Assembly: GCA_028697555.1 (NCBI GenBank)
Contig: JAQVEX010000003.1
Coordinates: forward strand, 12,450-76,449
Source of the DNA: Lentimicrobiaceae bacterium
GTDB lineage: Bacteria; Bacteroidota; Bacteroidia; Bacteroidales; UBA4417
Length of the DNA: 64,000 nt
Direction of reading: 5' to 3'
In this document: positions 17,719-29,100 of the stretch, in pieces
Layout of the letters: every line of letters starts with the position of its first letter
Numbering within the stretch: position 1 is the first letter of the stretch
The notes under the pieces: generated by a model
What the model was told of the DNA's origin: nothing
The model's database searches: none
The model's input: the letters and a program-made list of their open reading frames with translations, nothing else
Translations under genes and position numbers: made by a program

Positions 17719-19278
17719 ATGGCTGCATATAAGGAAACACCCAGACAAAAGATGATAGCAATGTTGTATCTTATACTCACTGCTATGTTGGCTCTTAATG
17801 TCTCCGTTGAACTATTGAACGCGTTTTTGATTGTCAACGAAACTATTGCCAAAACAAATGAGACTTTCGATGCAAAAACGGGAGAACTTTATACAAGATT
17901 TGAAAAATATAACTCCGATAATCCTGAAAAAGTAACCCCTTTCTGGAATAAGGCTTTAGAAGCAAAAGCTTTATCCAAAGAACTTAAAGATTATGTTAAT
18001 GAAACAAAATACGAACTTATCTCCATTGCTGAAGGAATTACAAAAGAAGAAGCTAAAACTATTGCTCTTCGCGATATTAAGAAGAAAGATAAGTACGACA
18101 CACCTACCAGATTTTTTATTGGCAACTCTAATGACGGTTCTGCCGGTAAAGCCGGAGAAATGAGAAAGAAAATTGAAAAGTACAAAGAAGATATTATGAA
18201 CTTGGTAGAGCCCGAAAAGAGAGGTATGATAAAAATTGGTTTGGATACAGAAGGTCCATTCTACGACGCAGGCAGAACACAACAAAATTGGGAAATGTAT
18301 AATTTTTATCATACCATATTGGCTGCCGACGTTGCTATATTAAACAACATTGTAGGCGAAATTCAAAATATCGAATATGACGTTGTAAACCACCTTATGG
18401 CTGAAATTGGAGCATCGGACTTTAAAATTGACCAAATAGGTGCTACGGTTGTTCCTAAGAGTCAGTACGTTTTCCAAGGCGAAAACTACGAAGCTGAAGT
18501 GTTTGTTACCGCTATGGATACCAAACAAAGCTTTTCGGCTAACATAGGTGGTGTAAGTCGTTCGAGTGAAAATGGAGTTATTAAAATCTCCCTTCCTTCA
18601 ACTTCGCCCGGACCTAAAAAAGTAACCGGAACCGTGTTTTTCAAAAAACCCGACGGAACCGACGTTACTGCTCCCGTTGAATTTGATTATATCGTCGCTC
18701 CTCCTTCATTAGCCGTTTCGGCAACCAAAATGAATGTATTTTACGTAGGTGTTGACAATCCTGTAACAATTTCGGCAGGCGGTGTTTCTCCCGATCAAAT
18801 TACCGCTACTACTAACAACGGTCAGATTGTTAGAAGCGGAAGCGACTGGATAGTCAGACCAGCAACAGCAGGAGCTTCAAAAATAACTGTAAATGCCCAA
18901 CTTGACGGTAGAGTGAAGAGTATGGGTAGCGTTGATTATAGGGTAAAATATGTGCCAAGTCCAACTGCAATGATAGCTAACATTAATGAAGGTGCTATAA
19001 CTAAGGACAGACTTATTGCCGCACGAGCTATTATCCCTAAAATGCCCGACGATTTTGAATTCGATTTATATTTCGTTATTACTTCTTTCAATTTTTCAGG
19101 AAATAGAAGGGGAGACATTATTGACTTGCCAAGTAAAGGCAATACTCTAACTCCTGAGATGATTGACTTTATTAGAAATGCCAGAACTAGAGAACAAATT
19201 ACGATCAACGATATTCAAGCCAAAGGTCCCGATGGCAGAACCAGAAGACTTACTCCAATTGTTCTAACTATACAATAA
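17719..19278 (+). CDS. gldM: gliding motility/T9SS protein GldM (PorM)
   Basis: 519 aa. N-terminal ETPRQKMIAMLYLILTAMLALNVS single TM signature of GldM, then a long periplasmic region. Confidence 0.92.
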   Translation: MAAYKETPRQKMIAMLYLILTAMLALNVSVELLNAFLIVNETIAKTNETFDAKTGELYTRFEKYNSDNPEKVTPFWNKALEAKALSKELKDYVNETKYELISIAEGITKEEAKTIALRDIKKKDKYDTPTRFFIGNSNDGSAGKAGEMRKKIEKYKEDIMNLVEPEKRGMIKIGLDTEGPFYDAGRTQQNWEMYNFYHTILAADVAILNNIVGEIQNIEYDVVNHLMAEIGASDFKIDQIGATVVPKSQYVFQGENYEAEVFVTAMDTKQSFSANIGGVSRSSENGVIKISLPSTSPGPKKVTGTVFFKKPDGTDVTAPVEFDYIVAPPSLAVSATKMNVFYVGVDNPVTISAGGVSPDQITATTNNGQIVRSGSDWIVRPATAGASKITVNAQLDGRVKSMGSVDYRVKYVPSPTAMIANINEGAITKDRLIAARAIIPKMPDDFEFDLYFVITSFNFSGNRRGDIIDLPSKGNTLTPEMIDFIRNARTREQITINDIQAKGPDGRTRRLTPIVLTIQ

Positions 19279-19342
19279 AATTAAAAAATAAAGATTTGTA
19301 ATAATATTACTAATTTTAAAATTAATAATAAAACAACAAACA

Positions 19343-20194
19343 ATGAAACAAATAATCATAATATTGGCAGCTGTACTATGCATAACTATAAGTAGTTATT
19401 CGCAGGCTATATTAAATACTCCTCCATTAGATGGAGTAATAGATAAAACGGAACGTTTCGAAAAAGAACCTGTGCCTTATGCTTATGTTCGCACATCTGA
19501 CTATGTATGGGAACGCCGTATATGGAGAACCATTGACTTCAAAGAAAAAATGAATCAAGTAATGTACTATCCCGAAGTGCCACACAACAATTGGCGTAAC
19601 TTTATAACCGTCATTATGGACGCTCTTCGTGAAGGAACACTTACCGCATACGATGCTACATCTGCAACAGACGAGTTTACAACTCCTTTAAGCTACAAAG
19701 AACTTATGGAGAGAACCGACCGTACGCAAACTGTACAGCTTCAAAGAAACTATCCTCCATACGACTACTACGATACGGTTTTGGTTGAAAAATTCAATCC
19801 TTCGCATGTTAAATCACTACGTATTAAAGAAGATTGGTATTTCGACAAACAACGTTCCATGCTTGAAGTCAGAATTATAGGTCTTTGTCCGGTAGTCGAC
19901 CGCTTTAATGAAGACGGCTCATATAGAGGTCCTTCGCCAATGTTTTGGATAAACTTTGCCGAAGCCAGACCAGTTCTTGCCAAAGCCGAAGTGTTTAACA
20001 GATTTAACGGTGCCGCTCGTATGTCGTACGATGAGTTTTTCTGGAAAAGAATGTTTTCAAGCTACATTACTAAAGTTGATAACCAGTACGACAGAAGTAT
20101 TGCCGAATACGCTACAGGTATGGATGCTGTGCTTGAATCGCAAAGAATTAAAGATGAATTGCTCAACTTTGAGCAAAACTTGTGGGAATACTAA
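19343..20194 (+). CDS. gldN: gliding motility/T9SS protein GldN (PorN)
   Basis: 283 aa. Signal peptide, conserved EDWYFDKQRS...GLCPV...FW block, last gene of the gldKLMN operon. Confidence 0.9.
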   Translation: MKQIIIILAAVLCITISSYSQAILNTPPLDGVIDKTERFEKEPVPYAYVRTSDYVWERRIWRTIDFKEKMNQVMYYPEVPHNNWRNFITVIMDALREGTLTAYDATSATDEFTTPLSYKELMERTDRTQTVQLQRNYPPYDYYDTVLVEKFNPSHVKSLRIKEDWYFDKQRSMLEVRIIGLCPVVDRFNEDGSYRGPSPMFWINFAEARPVLAKAEVFNRFNGAARMSYDEFFWKRMFSSYITKVDNQYDRSIAEYATGMDAVLESQRIKDELLNFEQNLWEY

Positions 20195-20216
20195 TCAATT
20201 TCCTGCAATCTAACTT

Positions 20217-20245
20217 AAAAAACCGTTTTTATAACGGTTTTTTTT
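20217..20245 (+). terminator. rho-independent terminator after gldN
   Basis: AAAAAACCGTT-TTTAT-AACGGTTTTTTTT: a perfect stem followed by a T-run, 23 nt after the gldN stop. Confidence 0.8.
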
Positions 20246-20290
20246 ATTCTAATTTTATAACTTTGCCATTAGTTTTAGATGTAAATAATA

Positions 20291-22399
20291 ATGCAAGTAG
20301 ATTTATTAGATACTCCTATTGAATACCTTAAAGGAATTGGTCCTAAAAGGGGTAAAATACTGAGAGATGAATTGAATATCAGTACATACTACGATTTGTT
20401 GCATTATTTTCCATTCAGGCATGTTGACAAAAGCAAATTTTATAAAATAAACGAAATCCAATCCGACAACGTTTATATTCAACTGAAAGCTAAGGTAATA
20501 AAAACTGAAACCATAGGTGTTGGCAGAAAAATGCGACTTGTAGTTACGGTTGAAGACGACACCGGAAGCATTGAACTGATTTGGTTTGCAGGTATAAGAT
20601 GGGTTAAAGATAAGTTTAAAATAAACTCCGAATGGGTAATTTTTGGAAAACCCACTTATTTTAAAGGAGTGTACAACATCGCTCACCCCGAAATGGAACC
20701 TGTGAGTGAGTTCTCATTAATAAATATAGACCCTCTACAGCCAATATACTACACTTCCGAAAAAATGAAGCAACACGGCTTGGGTACAAAGCAACTAGCT
20801 AAACTAACTAAAACCCTAATCGACCAAGTTTATGCAGTAATAGGCGAAAATCTTAACAAAGACATAATAAATCGTTATAAATTTTTATCACGAAGAGATA
20901 GTCTGAAAGAAATTCACTATCCTAAAAACGAAAGAAATCTTGACAAAGCAAAAGAAAGTCTGATTTTTGAAGAACTTTTCTTTCTTCAACTCAATATCTT
21001 AAGCTACAAACATCAACGAAGCGTAAGCATAAAAGGCTTTACTTTTTCTGTTGTCGGCGATAATTTCAATTATTTTTACAGCAACCTCCTACCCTTTAAG
21101 CTAACTAATGCTCAAAAAAGAGTGATAAAAGAAATTAGAGCCGATATGCGCTCGGGTAAACAAATGAACCGACTTTTGCAAGGCGATGTCGGTAGCGGCA
21201 AAACCTTAGTCGCTCTTATGTGTATGCTTATAGCCGTCGATAATAACTTTCAGTCTTGCCTTATGGCTCCTACCGAAATTCTTGCAAACCAACACTACAA
21301 CACTATCAGCAAAATGCTAGGCGATATGAATATAAATGTTGGATTACTAACGGGAAGTAGTACGGCTTCGGAAAGAAAGAAACTACATGAAGAGTTGCAA
21401 GACGGTAGCCTACATATTATTATAGGAACACACGCACTTATTGAAGATATTGTTCAATTCAAAAACTTGGGATTTGTGGTAATAGACGAACAGCACAGGT
21501 TTGGCGTAGAACAAAGGGCAAAACTATGGAAAAAGTCGATTACTCCGCCTCACGTGCTTGTTATGACTGCCACTCCTATTCCACGTACTTTGGCAATGAC
21601 ACTTTACGGCGATTTAGATGTTTCGGTTATTGACGAATTGCCACCTGGCAGATTGCCAATAAAAACAATTGCAGCTTTTGAAAAAGACAGACAAAAGGTT
21701 TTCAGGTTTGTGAAAAAGAATATTGACGAAAAAAGGCAAGCATATATTGTTTATCCTATAATTGAAGAATCTGAAACCCTCGATTTGCGCAGTTTGTACG
21801 AAGAATTTGAAAACATAAAACAAATTTTTCCTTCGCCTAAATATTCAATAGATATGCTTCACGGCAAAATGAAACCAGCCGAAAAAGATGAAGCAATGCT
21901 AAAGTTTAAAAATGGCGAAACCGATATCATGGTCGCTACTACTGTTGTTGAAGTTGGAGTTGACGTACCTAATGCAAACATAATGGTAATTGAAAATGCC
22001 GAGCGTTTCGGACTTTCGCAATTGCATCAGCTCAGAGGCAGAGTTGGAAGAGGCAAGTACCAATCGTATTGTATACTGATATCCGATTATAGTAAACTTA
22101 GTAGCGAAGGACGCACTCGTATTCAAACCATGGTCAACTCAAACGACGGCTTTGAAATAGCAGATGTGGACTTACGTTTGAGAGGTCCGGGCGACCTTGA
22201 AGGAACAGCTCAGAGTGGAATTTTGGAACTGAAAATCGCTAATTTAGTTAGAGATGAAAGAATGTTAGTTGTTGCTAAAAATGAAGCCGACAGAGTTCTG
22301 CTATACGAAAACGGACTCAATAATCCCGAAAATATCAATATTTTAAAGCATTTTCTACTTCTAAAGAAAAAACAAAAATCTTTCTCGCAAATCAGTTAA
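20291..22399 (+). CDS. recG: ATP-dependent DNA helicase RecG
   Basis: 702 aa. Wedge/OB N-terminal region, Walker A GDVGSGKT, DEQHRFG, QLHQLRGRVGRG. Confidence 0.95.
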   Translation: MQVDLLDTPIEYLKGIGPKRGKILRDELNISTYYDLLHYFPFRHVDKSKFYKINEIQSDNVYIQLKAKVIKTETIGVGRKMRLVVTVEDDTGSIELIWFAGIRWVKDKFKINSEWVIFGKPTYFKGVYNIAHPEMEPVSEFSLINIDPLQPIYYTSEKMKQHGLGTKQLAKLTKTLIDQVYAVIGENLNKDIINRYKFLSRRDSLKEIHYPKNERNLDKAKESLIFEELFFLQLNILSYKHQRSVSIKGFTFSVVGDNFNYFYSNLLPFKLTNAQKRVIKEIRADMRSGKQMNRLLQGDVGSGKTLVALMCMLIAVDNNFQSCLMAPTEILANQHYNTISKMLGDMNINVGLLTGSSTASERKKLHEELQDGSLHIIIGTHALIEDIVQFKNLGFVVIDEQHRFGVEQRAKLWKKSITPPHVLVMTATPIPRTLAMTLYGDLDVSVIDELPPGRLPIKTIAAFEKDRQKVFRFVKKNIDEKRQAYIVYPIIEESETLDLRSLYEEFENIKQIFPSPKYSIDMLHGKMKPAEKDEAMLKFKNGETDIMVATTVVEVGVDVPNANIMVIENAERFGLSQLHQLRGRVGRGKYQSYCILISDYSKLSSEGRTRIQTMVNSNDGFEIADVDLRLRGPGDLEGTAQSGILELKIANLVRDERMLVVAKNEADRVLLYENGLNNPENINILKHFLLLKKKQKSFSQIS

Positions 22400-22419
22400 A
22401 ACAAATAAAACAATAATTT

Positions 22420-24048
22420 ATGAAACCACTTAAAACCATTTCAGGACACATAGTCGATATTGAAAACCGTAATATTTACGATGGTATTCTTCATATTTCC
22501 GGCGATAGAATAGAAAAAATCACCAAATCCGATGACGTAAGCGATCAATATATTTTGCCCGGCTTCATCGATTCGCACATACATATTGAAAGCTCAATGC
22601 TTGTCCCTTCCGAATTTGCTAAAATTGCAGTTACTCATGGTACAATCGGAGCCGTCTGCGACCCACACGAAATTGCAAATGTTAACGGCGTAAAAGGAGT
22701 TGAATTTATGATTGAAAACGGAAAAACCGTACCGTTTCATTTTTTCAACGGTGCTCCATCTTCCGTTCCTACCACAAGTTTTGAAACAAACGGAGCTAAA
22801 TTAGGTGTTGCCGAAATAGACGAACTTTTAAGCAATAAGGACATCTACCATTTGTCGGAAATGATGAACGTGCCAGGCGTTGTTTTCAACGACGAAACCG
22901 TATCGGCAATAATCGACTTAGCAAAAAAATACAATAAACCTATTGATGGTCATGCTCCGGGCATATCTTCCGAAAACTTAAAATTGTACGCCAAAGCAGG
23001 TATTAGCACCGACCACGAGTGCTCAACAATAGATGAAGCTATAGAAAAAATTAATAGTGGCATGAACATTTTAATTCGTGAAGGTAGCGCTGCCAGAAAT
23101 TTTGATGCTCTTGTTCCCTTATTTGATAAATATCCCGAAAAATTAATGTTTTGTAGCGACGATAAGCACCCCGACGACCTTGTGAAAGGACACATAAATT
23201 TATTGGTTAAAAGGGCTGTAAAATTGAATTACAACCTATTTGATGTGCTCGCAGCCGCCTGTATTAACCCCGTAAAACATTATAACCTTAATACCGGATT
23301 TGTAAAAACTAATGATAAGGCTAACTTCATTGTAGTTAACAATTTGTCCGATTTTGATATTATAAAAACTGTCATAAATGGAAATATCGTTGCCGAAAGC
23401 AATGTTTCTTTAATTGAAACAAAACCGCCTACAATTATTAATAAATTCAACATATCTGAGATTACAGTTGATGAAATTGCTGTAGAATATTCGGGTAACG
23501 AAAGCATAAATGTAATTGAAGCCATTGATGGTGAGTTATTTACAAACAAAATACTTGTAAAACCAACTGTTAAGGACAATAAAATCGTTCAAAATATTGA
23601 TGACGACATACTAAAACTTGTTGTTGTCAATAGATACAACAAAGCCAAGCCTGCCGTAGCCTTTATCAAAGGTTTTAACTTGCAATCGGGAGCTATTGCA
23701 TCTACGGTTGCTCACGACAGCCATAATATTATTGCTGTTGGCACAAACGACAATGACATTACGACAGCAATAAACGCAATAATAGAAACCAAAGGCGGAA
23801 TTTGTTGCAGCAAAGACGGAAAAACCGATATACTAAAACTACCCATAGCCGGACTAATGTCAGACCTTGAAGCATCGGAAGTAGCTACTCAATATCAAAA
23901 CATTGATGCTAAAGCAAAACAATTGGGTAGCACGCTAAAAGCGCCGTTTATGACGCTTTCATTTATGGCGTTGTTGGTTATACCCGAAATCAAACTAAGC
24001 GATAAGGGTTTATTCGACGGTTGCAAGTTTGAGTTTATAAGCCTATAA
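22420..24048 (+). CDS. ade: adenine deaminase
   Basis: 542 aa. Amidohydrolase metal motif GFIDSHIHIESSM and the overall length and organisation of Ade. Confidence 0.85.
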   Translation: MKPLKTISGHIVDIENRNIYDGILHISGDRIEKITKSDDVSDQYILPGFIDSHIHIESSMLVPSEFAKIAVTHGTIGAVCDPHEIANVNGVKGVEFMIENGKTVPFHFFNGAPSSVPTTSFETNGAKLGVAEIDELLSNKDIYHLSEMMNVPGVVFNDETVSAIIDLAKKYNKPIDGHAPGISSENLKLYAKAGISTDHECSTIDEAIEKINSGMNILIREGSAARNFDALVPLFDKYPEKLMFCSDDKHPDDLVKGHINLLVKRAVKLNYNLFDVLAAACINPVKHYNLNTGFVKTNDKANFIVVNNLSDFDIIKTVINGNIVAESNVSLIETKPPTIINKFNISEITVDEIAVEYSGNESINVIEAIDGELFTNKILVKPTVKDNKIVQNIDDDILKLVVVNRYNKAKPAVAFIKGFNLQSGAIASTVAHDSHNIIAVGTNDNDITTAINAIIETKGGICCSKDGKTDILKLPIAGLMSDLEASEVATQYQNIDAKAKQLGSTLKAPFMTLSFMALLVIPEIKLSDKGLFDGCKFEFISL

Positions 24049-24453
24049 TTCTGTTGCCAATCTATACTTTTCAGCAATAGACTCAGCGGTTTTTCTCATC
24101 TCTTCATCCGTTAATTTTACTTTTTCTTTACTAAAGTTCATATCTTCAACCTTAGAAATAGGGATAAGATGTATATGAGAATGGGGAACGTCTAGACCAA
24201 CAACAGCCACGCCTACTCTTTCGCATGGTATTGTTAATTTAATTGCTTTTGCAACTTTTTTAGCAAAATCCCAATAAGCGCGATAAAGATCTTCGGGTAA
24301 ATCGAATATATAATCGACTTCTAGTTTGGGTACCACTAAAACATGACCTCTTGCTTGCGGATTTATATCCAAAAAAGCATAAAAGTCGTCGTTTTCAGCC
24401 ACCTTATACGATGGAATTTCGCCTTTTATTATTCTGGAAAATATACTAGCCAT
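24043..24453 (-). CDS. HIT family protein (histidine triad nucleotide-binding)
   Basis: 136 aa. N-terminal IFSRIIKGEIPS and the histidine triad HSHIHLIP. Confidence 0.9.
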   Translation of the reverse strand: MASIFSRIIKGEIPSYKVAENDDFYAFLDINPQARGHVLVVPKLEVDYIFDLPEDLYRAYWDFAKKVAKAIKLTIPCERVGVAVVGLDVPHSHIHLIPISKVEDMNFSKEKVKLTDEEMRKTAESIAEKYRLATEL

Positions 24454-24457
24454 TTTA

Positions 24458-24937
24458 TTAATGATTATATTTTATTTCAAGTACTTCTAATTTCAGTATT
24501 CCGGCAGGAACGGTAGCTTCAACCTTATCGCCAACGCTTTTGCCTAACAAACTTTTAGCTATGGGCGAGTTTACCGATATTTTTTTCTCCCTAATATTAG
24601 CTTCACTCTCCGGAACAATAGTATAAGTTACCTTACTCTTACTTGTAAGATTGTTTATTGTAACAGTTGCGAGAAGTTGCACTTTATTTGGGTCGAGCCT
24701 CGACTTATCAATTAAGCGAGCATTGCTAATTAAATCTTGCAACTGAGATATTTTATTTTCCAACATAGCCTGAGCATCCTTAGCAGCATCATATTCGGCA
24801 TTTTCCGATAAATCGCCTTTATCTCTAGCCTCAGCTATCAGCTCCGAAATTGCAGGACGCTCAACAGTTATTAGGTGCTTTAATTCAGCACGCAACTTTT
24901 CTAAACCTTCTTCAGTATAAAATACTACTTTTGACAT
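24458..24937 (-). CDS. greA: transcription elongation factor GreA
   Basis: 159 aa. Coiled-coil N-terminal domain with DLSENAEYDAAK and a C-terminal FKBP-like domain. Confidence 0.92.
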   Translation of the reverse strand: MSKVVFYTEEGLEKLRAELKHLITVERPAISELIAEARDKGDLSENAEYDAAKDAQAMLENKISQLQDLISNARLIDKSRLDPNKVQLLATVTINNLTSKSKVTYTIVPESEANIREKKISVNSPIAKSLLGKSVGDKVEATVPAGILKLEVLEIKYNH

Positions 24938-24950
24938 AATAAATGTAGAT

Positions 24951-24988
24951 TAAAAAAACATAAAGACCCTGAACTAACAGGGTCTTTA
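24951..24988 (-). terminator. rho-independent terminator after the PorV/PorQ-like gene
   Basis: The minus strand reads AAAGACCCTG-TTAGTT-CAGGGTCTTT followed by ATGTTTTTTTA. 10-bp perfect stem plus a T-run, between the barrel gene stop and the greA start. Confidence 0.8.
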
Positions 24989-25031
24989 TATTTGGTGAAC
25001 AAAAAGAGTACCAAAATGTATTTCTTCTATA

Positions 25032-26087
25032 TTAGAAATTTAGTCTGGCAGCAATATTGTGAACTCCACCAAATGGATTAGTTGCTCTATACGAATAATC
25101 TACCGCAAATACGGAAGATTTGTCAGAATTTAAAGGAGCTTGAACAGTAATACCTGCACTAGGTCCTGTAAATACTGTCGTTCTTTTTGCATTATCTAAA
25201 ATGCCATCTTCGTAGGTATATGCTCCACGTACTTGCAAGTAGTCGCTTAAGCTATACTCTAGACCTAAAACAAATTGGTCTTTACCGAAGGCATTTGAAA
25301 CAAATGCTCCTGCAAATGTAATTTGGTGAATTTCAGCAAAGTCCAAAGCATAAGAACCTCCAATAAATAGCTGTGTTGGCAATTCAAACGCCGATGAACG
25401 TATGTCCATGGTAAATTGGTTAGAGTTGCCCGGTAAGAATGTTTGAATTGACAAACCGTCTCCCGTATATCTCATGGTAGGTCCAATGTTTTTAAGAGCA
25501 ATACCGAACTTGATGTTTTCTTTAATACCGGTTACGTACTGAATACCGGCATCAATAGCTACACCGCTTGCGCTAAGGTTACTCATTGACTCGTTAATAA
25601 TTTTAAAGTTGAAACCTCCGTATATTGAGTTAGAGAACGCTTTTGCATATGCAAGGTTAATAACCAAATATCTGGGCGAAAAGTTTCCAACTCCTCCTTC
25701 GGGAAGGTCAACTCTAGTAATAGGTATATCTCCAAAATTCATTGTCATAATAGAGGCACCCAAAACGCTTCCAGGTCCAACGCGTTGTGCTATACCAATA
25801 TTATATATACCTATTTCAGCTCCTTTCAACCATTGTGTATGGTTGAAAGAAACTTCAGTACCCGGAGTAAAAGCCAAACCTGCAACGTTTGAAAACAAAC
25901 TTTCCAAACCAAAGGCACAAGCCACGTTGGCTCCATTCCAGCCCGAACTTTTTGCCCACGGGTTTATCAATAACTGGGAAGCTCCAGCTTCTCCAGACCT
26001 GTCTTTATTTCCAGCCTGCATATAACCCGGTAACAACAAGGCTGCAACGACTGTAATTATAACTATTTTATTTAAAATCTTTTTCAT
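25032..26087 (-). CDS. PorV/PorQ family outer-membrane beta-barrel protein (T9SS-associated, FadL-like)
   Basis: 351 aa. Signal peptide, N-terminal EAGASQLLINPWAKSSGWNGANVA block resembling the PorV/PorQ signature, alternating beta-strand pattern, C-terminal ...ARLNF. Family assignment is from recall, not a search. Confidence 0.55.
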   Translation of the reverse strand: MKKILNKIVIITVVAALLLPGYMQAGNKDRSGEAGASQLLINPWAKSSGWNGANVACAFGLESLFSNVAGLAFTPGTEVSFNHTQWLKGAEIGIYNIGIAQRVGPGSVLGASIMTMNFGDIPITRVDLPEGGVGNFSPRYLVINLAYAKAFSNSIYGGFNFKIINESMSNLSASGVAIDAGIQYVTGIKENIKFGIALKNIGPTMRYTGDGLSIQTFLPGNSNQFTMDIRSSAFELPTQLFIGGSYALDFAEIHQITFAGAFVSNAFGKDQFVLGLEYSLSDYLQVRGAYTYEDGILDNAKRTTVFTGPSAGITVQAPLNSDKSSVFAVDYSYRATNPFGGVHNIAARLNF

Positions 26088-26113
26088 CTGTCTTTAATTT
26101 TGTTTGTTACGAA

Positions 26114-29100
26114 TTAAAATGCATTTAAGTCAATTTGACGTGGCGAACCGAAGAATTTAACAACTTTTTCGCCTTGTGGTGATTTAACATATATAATGTA
26201 AATACCTCCTGCAACAGGAATACCGGCATAGTTTGTCAAATCCCAATCGACTGAACTGATAGTTGGGTCGTCTTTAGAAAACTTACGTATTAAGTTACCA
26301 CCTGTATTGTATATCGAAATATCGCAAGTTGGAGGTAGGTTAACAATTTTTACGCGTTTATCTAATTGGTCGGTTTCGTATTGGTTATAACCGTAATACG
26401 GATTAGGTACAACTGCTATTTTATCCAAGTCATTTTCGGCTTTTGCTACATCGTTATATTCTGTTGCAACATTCTCGGTTGTAAACTTATACATGGGCCA
26501 ATAATCGTTATCAGCATGCGCTCCAGCCATTGGAACTGAGAAGTAGCGTTCGTACGGTTTTTGTACTCTTATCTGGATTTTTAAGTCGCAGTTTAGCCAC
26601 TCTCCGGTTTGAGGAGTACTGTAAGGTACAGCTACCCACATAGCATTTGAAAGCTGTTGTGCTCTGAATTGACGAGCAAGTACAGGTATAGCAGGTCTTG
26701 TAATTTGTTTAACAAAGTGTGCACAACCATCATAAGCCGGATGGTCGAATACACTTGCAGGATGTATTGGAGATGTTATACCTAATTTTGCTTTTTTGCC
26801 TGTATATGTGGACATGACGTAAATATAGTGTCTTCCACCTATTGGGAAATCAACCGGAGCATATTCGTAGTCTAATCTCAACGGAGCCGGATTAAAGAGC
26901 AAGTCAGCTCCATTTTCTTCCGGATAACGAGAGTCTTCTCCGAAAACAATGTTCAAACGTTCACCTGTTTCAACATTGATAGCGTATCCCGGGAACCAGC
27001 TCATACCATATGGGTGGATAAAGTCGGAGTTAAGTGCTGGATCAGAACTTACAACAGCTGTATCACCATTTTGATTTAATGAGCGATGTGCACGAAGTTC
27101 AAATTGCTCAACTTTTCCTTGCGATTGATTTTTGGCTCTCGACAACTCAACAACGGCACAACGTGTCCATTTTGATTTATCAGGAGTAAATACTATATCA
27201 ACACTTGACAACTGAGTATTTATGAATTGATTACGCATTGCATCACTTTGAACACTGTATGAAGGAGCTATATATCCATCACTTTGTGCAAAAATCATAG
27301 GTGACCACCTGCCTTCCAAAACTTGCTCGTAAATTCCTTGAGGATCGAAAAAGTTGCCTATAGCTTTCCAGTCCCAATTCTTAATCATACCTGCTCTAAT
27401 CCAGTCGAAAAGCTCATGACCGTCAATATCCGGAACAAAATCAATATATGGTTTTGTCGGGTCTTCAAATTCCATAGTTGCACCAAGGAATCCGTTGTTT
27501 TCCAATTGAGGTTCTCTGGTATAAACATAATCATAACCTGTTAAGTTACCTGCGGTATCATAGTCCGGTCTTATCTCAACATTTGTAACGTACAAGCCAA
27601 AGTATAGACTTTGTTGAATGTTGATAGAAAGACCTAAGTCTAAGAATAATTGTTCGTTTTTAACAACTGTACTTGTATCCGAATGGTACACTTTTCCAGT
27701 TGATAAGTCGGTCAATGTCCATGTGCCAACAGGCATTAACGTATCTTTATTTTGGAATTTATATACAACGTCATGCATAGGATCGAACTTAACAACATAT
27801 TCAGCATTTTTAACATTAAGCGGGTCGATAACTTTAACATCTATAGGTCCTCTACCTTCTTTATACTTTAAATTGTAAGCAATTGGATATGTGTCCATAC
27901 CTAAGGTGTTATTGGTTGAATCCATCATTGGTTTCGACAAAATTTCTTCAATCGAAGATTCGTCTAATTCAAGATAATTTCCACCATTTCCTTGACCTGC
28001 AATACGAGTAATAACTACACCATCACCATATTCTGCTTTAGGCGAAAGCAATCCCACAGTTTGATGAGGAATACCTGTATAAACTCTGATGTTTTTTCTA
28101 CCAGCCAAATAAGGTAGCATCTGACCATCCAACATGTCAGGATCTAGTGGATTATAGGGTTTGTAGTTATTATATGCATAAGCTAATGCCAAATAGTAGT
28201 ATTGTTTGTGATTAACAAGAGCTTCGTTAGTAAACGCGTCTTTTGTAATCTTAACTGAGTGAACAATACCTTTATTTTCGCCTCTAACTTCTTGGTAAGC
28301 TTCATTACTGTTAAGGTCGGCATTGTAATAATAGTTTATGATAGAAGAAACGTCGTTTTTAAGGTCGCATTGGAATACCGGACGAGCTTTATCAACGTCT
28401 TTAATATCGGCAACTGTAACAGTAGCATCTCTAAGTTGGAAAATTTGATAACCTTCGAAACGATATAGCGAGTCCCAAGAAACTGATGGGTCAGGTGCCT
28501 GGATACGAGGATCGTATTCTACGTATTTTTCATTAAAGTTATTTCCATCGTCAGGAGTTCTGCGGTTAGAAATGTAAATAATGATAGCTTTGTCTAATTC
28601 TCTTAAAGTTAAGTCGGGAGCATTTGGTCCGGTGATAACTTTAAAACAGTTGTCGAACAATTGCTGACATTTATCGTCAACAACTTGCAGTTTTCTTACC
28701 GAAGCCATTGGTCCTCCACTTGTTGCTCTTGCCCAAGGAATACCAACGGTAATGTAGTTAACTGCACCTGGTCTTAGAGTAAATGGTCCTGCCGACTGCA
28801 TGAAACGACGGTCGCCTGGAGGGTTACCGCTACTTTCTTCAGTCCAATCTTTAGGTCCGTTGGGTTGCAAACCACCTGTTCCCCAGTCGCAAATATCGGT
28901 ATTTCCAGGGAACATAAAGTCGCAAACAGGTCCGTATGTACCACCCTGACCCGGATAAGCTGTTCCACCATACTCCATTCTTTTACCATCTTTCCAGCGT
29001 CCTGTCAAGTAGTTATAGTAGTCTTTTGCATAATGAGGGTCACCTTGGTTTCCTGACTCGTTGTTGTGATAAACAAATCTTCTCATACCAAAACGTTCGT

